A DNA stretch of 64,000 bases from Scyliorhinus canicula (Eukaryota). Of the stretch, positions 54,029-64,000 are shown piece after piece. The stretch is taken from contig NC_052152.1 in NCBI RefSeq assembly GCF_902713615.1, forward strand, positions 116,357,773 to 116,421,772, in the 5' to 3' direction. The position numbers and the translations under genes are program-made. The first letter of the stretch is position 1; each line of letters opens with the position of its first letter. Under the pieces are notes generated by a model. The model did no database searches and was not told the origin of the DNA. It was given only the letters and a program-made list of their open reading frames with translations.

Positions 54029-54242
54029 CACTGGAACTTGCATTTGGAAAATGTGTTTGGTCACTCCAATTGCAAGAAATAGCTAGTACATCCATTTTGT
54101 ATGATGTGTTGACCCTAGAGAAATTCATGCTGAGAGAATGACCACCCTCAAAGCTGATTATCAGTAATGGTGCAGTCATGTTGTTACAATTACTGTGGTT
54201 GCTTACTTGTGCATCCTCTGGGAGGGAAAACAAAACAGTAGC
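54029..54242 (-). CDS. LAMP1: LAMP1-type lysosome-associated membrane glycoprotein, exon 3
   Basis: tttcag|GCT...AGTG|gtaagt on - strand, 214 bp; ATVLFSLPEDAQVSNHSNCNNMTAPLLIISFEGGHSLSMNFSRVNTSYKMDVLAISCNWSDQTHFPNASSS; many NxS/T sequons. Confidence 0.88.
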
Positions 54243-54925
54243 CTGAAACAGAGAAAAAAATTGTTCGACAACTCTTCAAAGATTTAAATCATTCAGCAAA
54301 TAATTCTGCATAAATGGTTTTATTCCCCATATCAAATATTTGGTCAAAAACACGTTCATTATTGTGCATTTGTTTTTGAAAATTCTGCCGTGTGTGAAGT
54401 CATTTCAGTAATTTCCACAACATTACTGTGATCATAATTTACTATAATTCTTAAACTTATTTCAATTCTTTATTCATGGTTGAAAACAAATGGACTAAAA
54501 CTTACTCGAGACTTCACTCTACATTTTGTCCCATATAGTAAAACTGCTAATCCTGCAGCTAATAATATATACAATGCAAAAATGTTTCAAAGTATACGTA
54601 GCTAGCGTTTTACAGTTTTCAGTTAGCTACAACTAACATGTCCTTCAGTGGCTGAGGGACTCATTGTTTCCTCACATCCTCACAACAAGACAACTTATTC
54701 ATTTCTAGTTTACTTGTGAATCACAGGGCGATTTTTCATGCAGTTCTCCATTTATGGATCCAAACCAAATCGCAGTTCTCAGATTCAAGATTAACCGAAG
54801 AAAAAGCAGATTTCATCAAGCCAACTGGGCTAGACATAGTGCCTGTCCTCTATAGCAAACATAATCAATGAGGAAATTCAAAAATCTAGGTAGAGAAAAT
54901 GGCCCAACACTTAAAAAGAGGTTAT

Positions 54926-55130
54926 GCTGGTTAGCCCTGCTGCCTCACCGCACCGAGGTCCCAGGTTCGATTCCGGCTCTGGGTCACTGTCTGTGTGGAG
55001 TTTGCACATTCTCCCCGTGTTTGCTTGGGTTTCGCCCCCACAACCGAAAGATGTACAGGTTAGGTGGATTGGCCACACTAAATTGCCCCTTAATTGGAAA
55101 AAAAATTAATTTGGTGCTCTTAAAAAAAAA
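54926..55130 (+). mobile_element. Short A-tailed V-SINE
   Basis: Homologous to the short form. Confidence 0.83.
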
Positions 55131-55419
55131 GAATAGAGGCCATGTCTCTTGAGGAGGCAAGATTGAGGAATCGCTTCAAACTTAGCACATCTTAAAACCA
55201 TGGCCTGCAAGGCAAGATTAATCTCTTGATATTCTTGAAATTAGTGAAACAGAGAAAGCAAGTATAAAAATAGTCAAGTCTCCAAAACGAGACTATGTTC
55301 ACCTGCCCAGAGCTTGGTTGGTCTGACCCACATACCAGACTGGCAGGGCTAGGCCAGTTATCTGAATTACGTGAAGTAATGTTGTCAGCAAAGGGAAGCA
55401 TCTTTTCCAGCAAGATTAG

Positions 55420-55889
55420 TCAGGGGGAAAATTCTCTCAGTTGGCATAAAGGAAGATGGTTGTGGTGGTTGGACGTCAATCAGCTCTGTCTCTGGGACTC
55501 ACTGCAGAGATCCTCAGGGTAGTGTCCTACGCCCAACTATCTTCAGCTGCTTCATCCTTCCATCGTAAGATCAGATATGGGGATGTTTGCTGATGATTGC
55601 ATAATGTTCAGCGCCATTTGCGACTCCTCAGACACTGGAGCAGTCCACGTGCAAATGCAACAAGACCTGGACAATATTCAGTTTTAAACTGACAAGTGGC
55701 AAGTAACATTTGCGCCACACAAGTGCCAGGCAATGACCACCTCCAATAAGAGAGAATCAAACCATCACCCCATGACATCACCAACACTGAACCCCACAAT
55801 ATCAACACCCTGGGGGTTACCATTGACCAGAACTGGACTAGCCATTTAAATACTGTGGCTACAAGAGCAAGTCAGAGGCTAGGAATCCT
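55420..55889 (+). mobile_element. CR1/L2-group LINE RT fragment (second family)
   Basis: PQGSVL.PTIFSCF, MFADDC and WQVTFAPHKCQ motifs; same family as 15000-15770. Confidence 0.7.
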
Positions 55890-57145
55890 ATCAATGTAGT
55901 GCATCTGGACTTCCGGAGGCGTTTGATAAGCTGCTACATAGAAAATTAATTCACAAAGTGAGATCATATGGGATTAGGGGTAATTTATTAGCTTGGATAG
56001 CAGACTGGCTGACGGACAGGAGACAAAGTTGGGATAAATGGGTCTTTTTCTAGATGGCAAGATGTAACTAGTGGAGGGCCACAGGGTTCGGTCCTTGGGC
56101 CCTAGCTATTTACAATCAATATTAACGATTTGGATACAGGGATAGAAGGTTCTCTAGCCAAATTCGCAGAAGACACAAACCTTACAAATAGATAGGTTAG
56201 GAGAGAGGCCCAACATGTGGCAGATGGGAGTTTAATGTGGATGTGTGGGAGGTCATGCAATTTAGTCAAAAAAATGGAAAGGCAAATTATCTAAATGAGG
56301 AGAGACTTGAGTGCTCCAATGCAGAGGGATCTGGGTGTCCTTGTGCATGAGTCACAGAAAACGCATGCAGCAGATAAGGAAAGCAAATGGAATATTGGCA
56401 TTTATAGCAAAAGGAATTGAGTACAAAGATAAGGAAGTATTGTTGCAACTATACAAGGCTTTAGAAGACCACACCTGGAGTATTGTGCAGTTTTGGTCCC
56501 CTTATTTGAGGAAAGATGTAGTGGCACTGGAGGCAATTCAGGAGGGTCACGAGATGAGGGGTTTGTCGTATGAGGAGAGATTGAACAGTTTAGGCCAATA
56601 CTCTCTGGAGTTTAGAAGAACGAGGGGAGATCAAATCGAGGAAGGGTACAAGATGCTAAAAGGAAAAGGAGACATGGAGCAGATGCTTCCTCTTGTGGGG
56701 CATTCTAAAATGAGAGGTCATAATCTTAGAAAAAGAGGTAGCAAATTTAAAACAGATTTGAGGAGGAACTACCTCGCCCAAATGCATGTGGATCTGTGGA
56801 ATTTGCTACCCCAGAGTGCACTGGATGCAGGGACAGTGAATAAATGAGTTAGACAGATTTCTAATTGGTAATGAGTTGAAGGATTATAGAGAACGGGCCA
56901 GACAGTGAAGTTGAGGCCATGATGGGATCAGCCATGATCACATTGAAGGTGTTTAGGCTCAGGATGCTAAATTGCCTACTCCTGCTCCTAAGTCATAGGG
57001 AGGAGATGCACTGGCTGATTTTGCAATCCAGCTTTTGGTCTGTAGCATTGTTGGTAACAAAATGAGGAACATATCAGCCACGATAGAATGGCGGAGCAGA
57101 CTCAGTGGGCCGAGAGGCCTAATTCTGCTTCTATAGTTTATGAAC
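55890..57145 (+). mobile_element. Degenerate CR1 LINE RT/3' fragment
   Basis: LDF..AFDK, PQGSVLGP, KANGILAFI and VQFWSPYL motifs. Confidence 0.82.
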
Positions 57146-57363
57146 TTAAAAACACAAAAACAAAGTTTCAAAACTAGTAAGTGTAGAACATTGTTTTCCA
57201 GACTGCACAAAACATGGTCTGTCCATCAGCACTGGGAGGTAGAGTACAAGGGGAAACCCAACAGATAAACGACCGAGGCAAGATGCACTTGCCTACCAAA
57301 AGATTTCCTCAGAACAATTGATTAGCCTATTCAACATCAGCAGTGTGCAGCAGATGCTAGGAA

Positions 57364-57593
57364 GGGCAGCACGGTGGCGCAGTGGTTAGCATTGCAGCCT
57401 CACGGTGCTGAGGACCCGGGTTCGAATCCCGGCTCTGGATCACTGTCTGTGTGGAGTTTGCACATTCTCCCCGTGTTTGCGTGGGTTTTACCCTCACAAC
57501 CCAAAGATGTGCAGATAGGTGGATTAGCCACGCTAAAAATTGCCCCTTGATTGGAAAACATTAATTGGGTACTCTAAATTTATTTTTAAAAAT
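57364..57593 (+). mobile_element. Short V-SINE, 10-bp TSD
   Basis: ATGCTAGGAA at 57354-57363 and 57594-57603. Confidence 0.9.
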
Positions 57594-57904
57594 ATGCTAG
57601 GAATGAGAATGTCCAAAGACAAAAAGGTCTGAAGTTTATTTGTAACAAGTAGTATATAATTATGGCACTTCATTGATCGGTGGTAAAATGCCAATGTTTC
57701 TAGACCATTTCAAAGAGGTGGAATTATTAAACTTTAAGTGGGTAAGTTTTCCCTTTGTTGCCCTTCTATTAACACTGTGGACCAATGCATTTCTACAAAA
57801 TCACCAAAATGACCGAAGCATTTCAGCATTTAATGCAGTTAGTGCATGTTATGCAGGATGAAGTCCACATAAACAAAGGATCATGATCTTGCTGGGTACG
57901 CATT

Positions 57905-58086
57905 GCCAATCCACCTAACCTGCACATCTTTGGACTGTGGGAGGAAACCGGAGCACCCGGAGGAAACCCACACACACACGGGGAGGATGTGCAGACTCCA
58001 CACAGACAGTGACCCAAGCCGAAATCGAACCTGGGACCCTGGAGCTGTGAAGCAATTGTGCTATCCACAATGCTACTGTGCTGCCT
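57905..58086 (-). mobile_element. V-SINE (3' truncated)
   Basis: Head and central domain. Confidence 0.8.
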
Positions 58087-58089
58087 TTA

Positions 58090-61000
58090 AAAACAAATTA
58101 ATCTACACTCCATTATTCTACCATAATCCTTGTACCTATCCAACAGCCGCTTGAAGGTCCCTAACGTTTCCGACTCAACTACTTCCACAGGCAGTGCATT
58201 CCATGCCCCACTACTCTCTGGGTAAAGAACCTACCTCCAACTTCCCCTCTATATCTTCCACCATTCACCTTAAATTTATGTCCCCTTGTAATAGTTTGTT
58301 GCACCCGGGGAAAAAGTCTCTGACTGCCTACTCTATCTATTCTCCTGATCATCTTATAAACCTCTTATCAAGTCGCCCCTCATCCTTCTCCGTTCTAATG
58401 AGAAAAGGCCTAGCACCCTCAACCTTTCCTCGTAAGACCTACTCTCCATTCCAGGCAACACCCTGGTAAATCTCCTTTGCATCTTTTCCAAAGCTTCCAG
58501 ATCCTTCCTAAAATGAGGTGACCAGAACTGCACACAGTACTCCAAACGTGGCCGTACCAAGGTTTTGTACAGCTGCATCATCACCTCACGGCTCTTAAGT
58601 TCAATCCCTCTGCTAATGAACGCTAGCACACCATAGGCTTTCTTCACAGTTCTATCCACTTGAGTGGCAACTTTCAAAGATCTATGAACATAGACCCCAA
58701 GATTTCTCTGCTCCTCCACATTGCCAAAAACCCTACCGTTAACTCTGGCTTCCGCATTCATATTTGTCCTTCCAAAATGGACAACCTCACACTTGTCAGG
58801 GTTAAACTCCATCTGCCACTTCTCAGCCCAGCTCTGCATCGTATCTGTGTCTCCTTGCAGCCGACAACAGCCCTCCTCACTATCCACAACTCCACCAATC
58901 TTCGTATCATCTGCAAATTTACTGACCCACCCTTCAACTCCCTCATCCAAGTCATTAATGAAAATCACAGACAGCAGAGGACCCAGAACTGATCCATGCG
59001 GTACGCCACTGGTAACTGGGCTCCAGGCTGAATATTTGCCATCCACCACCACTCTCTGACTTCTATCGGTTAGCCAGTTCGTTATCCAACTGGCCAAATT
59101 TCCCACTATCCCATGCCTCCTTACTTTCTGCATAAGCCTACCATGGGGAACCTTATCAAATGCCTTACTAAAATCCACGTACACTACATCCACGGCTTTA
59201 CCTTCATCCACATGTTTGGTCACCTCCTCAAAGAAGTCAATAAGACTTGTAAGGCAAGACCTACCCCTCACAAATCCGTGCTGACTATCCCTAATCAAGC
59301 AGTGTCTTCCCAGATGCTCAGAAATCCTATCCCTCAGTACCCTTTCCATTACTTTGTCGACCACCGAAGTAAGACTAACTGGCCTGTAATCCCCAGGGTT
59401 ATCCCATTCCCTTTTTTGAACAGGGGCACAACATTCGCCACTCTCCAATCCCCTGGTACCATCCCTGTTGACAGTGAGGACGAAAAGATCATTGCCAACG
59501 GCTCTGCAATTTCATTTCTTGCTTTCCATAGAATCCTTGGATATATCCCATCAGGCCCGGGGGACTTGTCTATCCTCATGTTTTTCAAAATGCCCAACAC
59601 ATCTTCCTTCCTAACAAGTACCTCCTCGAGCTTACCAGTCTGTTTCACACTGTCCTCTCCAACAATATGGCCCCTCTCGTTTGTAAATACTGAAGAAAAG
59701 TACTCGTTCAAGGCCTCTCCTATCTCTTCAGACTCAATACTCAATCTCCCGCTATTGTCCTTGATCGGACCTACGCTCTAGTCATTCTCATATTTCTCAC
59801 ATATGTGTAAAAGGCATTGGGGTTTTCCTTGATCCTACCCGCCAAAGATTTTTTATGCCCTCTCTTAGCTCTCCTAATCCCTTTCTTCAGTTCCCTCCTG
59901 GCTATCTTGTATCCCTCCAGCACCCTGTCTGAACCTTGTTTCCTCAGCCTTACATAAGTCTCCTTCTTCCTCTTAACAAGACATTCAACCTCTCGTCAAC
60001 CATGGTTCCCTCACTCGACCATCTCTTCCCTGCCTGACAGGGACATACATATATAAGACACGCAGTACCTGTTCCTTGAACAAGTTCCACATTTCACTTG
60101 TGTCCTTCCCTGATAGCCTATGTTCCCAACTTACGCACTTCAATTCTTGTCTGACAGCATTGTATTTACCCTTCCCCCAATTGTAAACCTTGCCCTGTTG
60201 CACGCACCTATCCCTCTCCATTACTAAAGTGAAAGTCACAGAATTGTGGTCACCACCTCCAAAATGCTCCCCCACTAACAAATCTATCACCTGCCCTGGT
60301 TCATTACCAAGTACCAAATCCAATATGGCCTCCCCTCTGGTCGGACAATCTACATACTGTGTTAGAAAAGCTTCCTGGACACACTCCACAAACACCACCC
60401 CATCCAAACTATTTGAGATAAAGAGTTTCCACTCAATATTTGGGAAGTTGAAGTCACCAATGACTACTACCCTGTGACTTCTGCACCTTTCCAAAATCTG
60501 TTCCTCCACATCTCTGCTGCTATTGGGGGGCCTATGGAAAACTCCCAACAAGATGACTGCTCCTTTCCTATTTCTGACTTCAACCCACACTACCTCAGTA
60601 GGCAGATCCTCCTCGAACTGCCTTTCTGCAGCTGTTATACTATCTCTAATTAACAATGCTACAGCCCACCTCTTTTATCATCCTCCCTAATCTTGTTGAA
60701 ACATCTATAACCAGGGACCTTCAACAACCATTTCTGCCCCTCTTAGAACATAGAACATAGAACAGTACAGCACAGAACAGGCCCTTCGGCCCTCAATGTT
60801 GTGCCAAGCCATGATCACCCTACTCAAACCCACATATCCACCCTATACCCGTAACCCAACAACCCCCCCCCCCCTTAACCTTACTTTTATTAAGACACTA
60901 CGGGCAATTTAGCATGGCCAATCCACCTAACCCGCACATCATTGGACTGTGGGAGGAAACCGGAGCACCCGGAGGAAACCCACGCACACAGGGGGAGGAC

Positions 61001-61240
61001 GTGCAGACTCCACACAGACAGTGACCCAGCCGGGAATCGAACCTGGGACCCTGGAGCTGTGAAGCATTTATGCTAACCACCATGCTACCCTGCTGCCCCT
61101 CTATCCAAGTTTCCGTGATGGCCACCACATCGTAGTCCCAAGTACCGATCCATGCCTTAAGTTCACCCACCTTATTCCTGATGCTTCTTGCATTGAAGTA
61201 TACACACTTCAACCCATCTCCTTGCCTGCAAGTACTCTCC
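58090..61240 (-). mobile_element. CR1-clade LINE, near-complete but broken ORF2 (APE endonuclease + RT)
   Basis: ORF pieces MKCVYFNARSIRNK..DVVAITETW (60898-61212), GDFNFP/LDLVL/DHN (59985-60656), KSPGPDGIYP (59349-59744), QHGF..DFSKAFD..GVPHGSVLGP..FADD (58354-59448); frameshifts and a SINE insertion. Confidence 0.93.
60745..61098 (-). mobile_element. V-SINE, long CR1-tailed form, inserted in the CR1 endonuclease region
   Basis: Interrupts ITETWIE(E)GQKWLL; CTGCCCCTCT on both sides (60734-60743, 61093-61102). Confidence 0.9.
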
Positions 61241-63065
61241 TTTGTCTAAATATTTAAAAACATTTTTTTTCTTTATTCGTTCTCGGGATATGGATGTTGC
61301 AGGCAAGGTCAGCATTTGTTGCCCGTCCCCAATTGCATTGCACCGAGTGGCATTTTACGAGTCAACCACAATGCTGTGGATCTGGAGTCACATGTCGGCC
61401 AGACCGGGTAAGGACAACAGATTTCCTTCCCATAACTGACATTCGCGAACCAGCTGGGTTTTACGACAATCGACAATGGTTTCATGGTCATTAGATTTTT
61501 AATTTCAGATTTTTAATTGAATTCAAATGTCACCGCCTGCCGTGGTGGGATTCAAACCGGATCTTCAGATCATTACTCTAGGTGTCTGGATTACCAGTCC
61601 AATGATAAAACCACTATGCCACCACCTCAAATGCAGAATCCTGAAAACTGTCTGATTTTCCCTCCTCTTCATCAAGTTATGCTCTTCCCATGTGATTTGG
61701 TGCTCAACACATGAAGGTGTGAAGTTGCAGTACATATCCACTGGATATTCATCAAACATGCCAGAAACTGTTGGGACTAGTGCGTTTTGGTTATTGGTGT
61801 ATTTTTAATAAATTCAATAAATTTTAAATATTGCCGAACAGCCTCTCCAGAATTTATTCTTTGTGCAGATTTTAAGCAATAGTGAAGATATTTTTAAAAT
61901 CTTTATTTTTTTCCTTTGTCTCATCACTATCTATCCTGCCTTCCCCTCTCTTTCTTTTTCTTTCTCTACATGATTTTACATGAAATGCTCTAACTTGCAC
62001 GCTTCAGCAAAGATTTGGAGACACATGGTTGCTTGCTTCGTACATACATGCCCAAATCGCCTTAGGGAACATATTTACTGACTTAACAATCGGCATGAAA
62101 GCCCGCAAAAAGTGTTTGGACAGCTGTAGGTGGATTGGTGGGTGCGAGCTGTTTGTTAATCTGGGCCATTATTCAGACCGTAATAGACTTTAACATTTAA
62201 AAAGATTTTCTCTTTTAGACAATTTAGAAAACTAAACACCAACATGGGAGATAAGAAGGAATTATTTTCCAATGTAAAGAACTTATATCATCACCAGTGT
62301 TGGAAAGCACATTTACTGGTGGAAAATATCAAGCTTGCATTAGCCAGGTTCACCATTGCTTTGAATGCTGAACTATAAGCCTCTGTTTGACCAAACAGGA
62401 TCATGGTGCATAAAAGAGAAAGCACATGTCATGCAGACAGGAATGATTTCCAATTCTCATCATCTGTCAATAAGCTTACTTCCTCTTTCCTGTCAAAAGG
62501 TCATATTCTCCTTCTGCTGAAGCATTAAGACAACTTCAATCCTTATTCCTCTCAATTTTAATTAAAAGCTCTGCACTGAAATTATAGCCACACAACACAG
62601 GATAGCTATTTATAACGAACTCTTGCTCAGTCAGACACAACAGTGCTGGTCCTTGTGGTAGGTACATGGTTAAATATGGACCCAAAAGAGATTGCACTCT
62701 ATCCATGTGACCCAAGTACCAGTCAACTGCCCACTCCACCTAATGTTTACTCGATTCTGCTCTCTCAAACTAAACCAAACACCTCTCTCTCTCGTTCTTC
62801 TGAGTTCTAGAGTTTGTAACAACCTCAAATATGTTCTCAGGGTTCAATGTTTCCATAACAGTGAAACTTCCAGAATATCTTCTTACAGCTTGTTTTTCTC
62901 GGCTATAACCAATCTCAAGTCTTTCCACCTCTCCTCGTAGCTCAGATTTCTTAAGCTTGCTATCAGTCTGGTTGTCTTCTCTGGTACAATTTCCAATGTC
63001 GGGATATCCTTGCTGCGGCATTTGGAACTGGACACAGGTGGAGCTGTACCCATACCTTTGCAGAT

Positions 63066-63250
63066 GCTGGTTTAGCACACTGGGCTAAATAGCTGGCTTT
63101 TAAAGCAGACCAAGGCAGGCCAGCAGCATGGTTCAATTCCCGTACCAGCCTGCCTGAACAGGCGCCGGAATATGGTGACTAGGGGCTTTTCACAGTAACT
63201 TCATTGAAGCCTACTCGTGACAATAAGCGATTTTCATTTTCATTTTTCAG
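63066..63250 (+). mobile_element. SINE family B copy
   Basis: Homologous to 3158-3335. Confidence 0.78.
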
Positions 63251-64000
63251 GTTAAGCTCTGAAGGTAGCAAACCAGTCAATAAGGCATATAAAATTCCCA
63301 GCTTTATAAGGCAGAGTACAACAGTTAGAACAAAATAGAATCCCTACAGTACAGAAAGAGGCCATTTGGCCCATTGAGTCTGCACCGATCCTCCGAATGA
63401 CTACCCTACATTGGTCCTATTCCCGGCCTGTAACCTCAACCCAAGGGCAATTTGGCATGTTATGCTAAACTTTTAAAAACACTATTTTCCCCTCAGCAGG
63501 GGTACTATGTCCGATTCTGGACAGCACACTTTAGGAAGGATGTGAAAACATTAGAGACCATACTGAAGAGATTTACTCAGATGGTTCCAAGGGATGAAGA
63601 CTGCCAGTTAAATGGAAAGTTACAAAGAGCAAATAAAGAGACTGGCTGAGTGGGCAATAACTAGAGGGCACAGATTTAAGGTGAAGTGATTAAGATTTAG
63701 ATACATTGTCTGAGTAGTGGACACCGATACAATAGTAGGGAACAAGTCATGCATACATGAGAAAGATTGCAGGGATATGGGGGAAAGAGAGGTGGAGATA
63801 ACTAACTTGGTGAGCAGTGTCCTCCTTCCATGCTGTAGTAGTATTTAATCCAATGATTAGGACCTAGAGGATTTATTACTCTAATTCACCAGCTATAAAT
63901 GAAAGATTCAACTGTCTGTTCAACACTGAATGCAGCATTTCAGTAAACTATCCACCAATATCCCATGGTCTCGTGTTATCTTTTGTAGCCTATGGCCAAT

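Noticed and set aside
57364-57440. tRNA gene-like A/B boxes (also at other SINE heads)
   Set aside because: Each continues into SINE body and tail, often with TSDs; these are SINE heads, not tRNA genes
58354-59448. Active reverse transcriptase gene
   Set aside because: ORF2 is split by frameshifts and a SINE; no ORF1 seen
54243-64000. LAMP exons 1-2 and promoter
   Set aside because: No signal-peptide exon, LAMP-like exon 2 or CpG island recognised; probably beyond the window end

Overview
Vertebrate genomic DNA, very likely a shark or other cartilaginous fish (inferred from the tRNA-headed V-SINE/HE1-like, CR1 and Penelope repeat content). Two intact multi-exon genes converge tail-to-tail. 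On the + strand are exons 2-7 of a rhodopsin kinase gene (GRK1; 3427-36681, 330 aa visible, ending in the CaaX box CSIS; exon 1 lies upstream of the window). On the - strand are exons 3-9 of a LAMP1-type lysosomal membrane glycoprotein (54242->43193, ending [11 protein letters not shown]; exons 1-2 not found). All 13 exons have GT-AG boundaries and consistent reading phases. The introns are packed with repeats: about 25 SINEs with three interchangeable 3' tails, CR1 LINE fragments (one ~3.1 kb), Penelope-like termini with a hammerhead-ribozyme-like core, two solo LTRs, a shattered Gypsy element, hAT and Harbinger-like MITEs, and large minisatellites confined to the GRK1 introns. I found no convincing new multi-gene system. 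The best leads are: (1) a 15-bp-TSD-bounded hairpin mini-element with a U3-A8 variant minimal hammerhead in GRK1 intron 2; (2) a 27-nt inverted copy of LAMP1 exon 7 captured at a SINE end; (3) an A-tailed SINE subfamily with 10-17 bp TSDs suggesting a partner-LINE switch; (4) the direct GRK1-LAMP adjacency, which raises an ohnolog-identity question.
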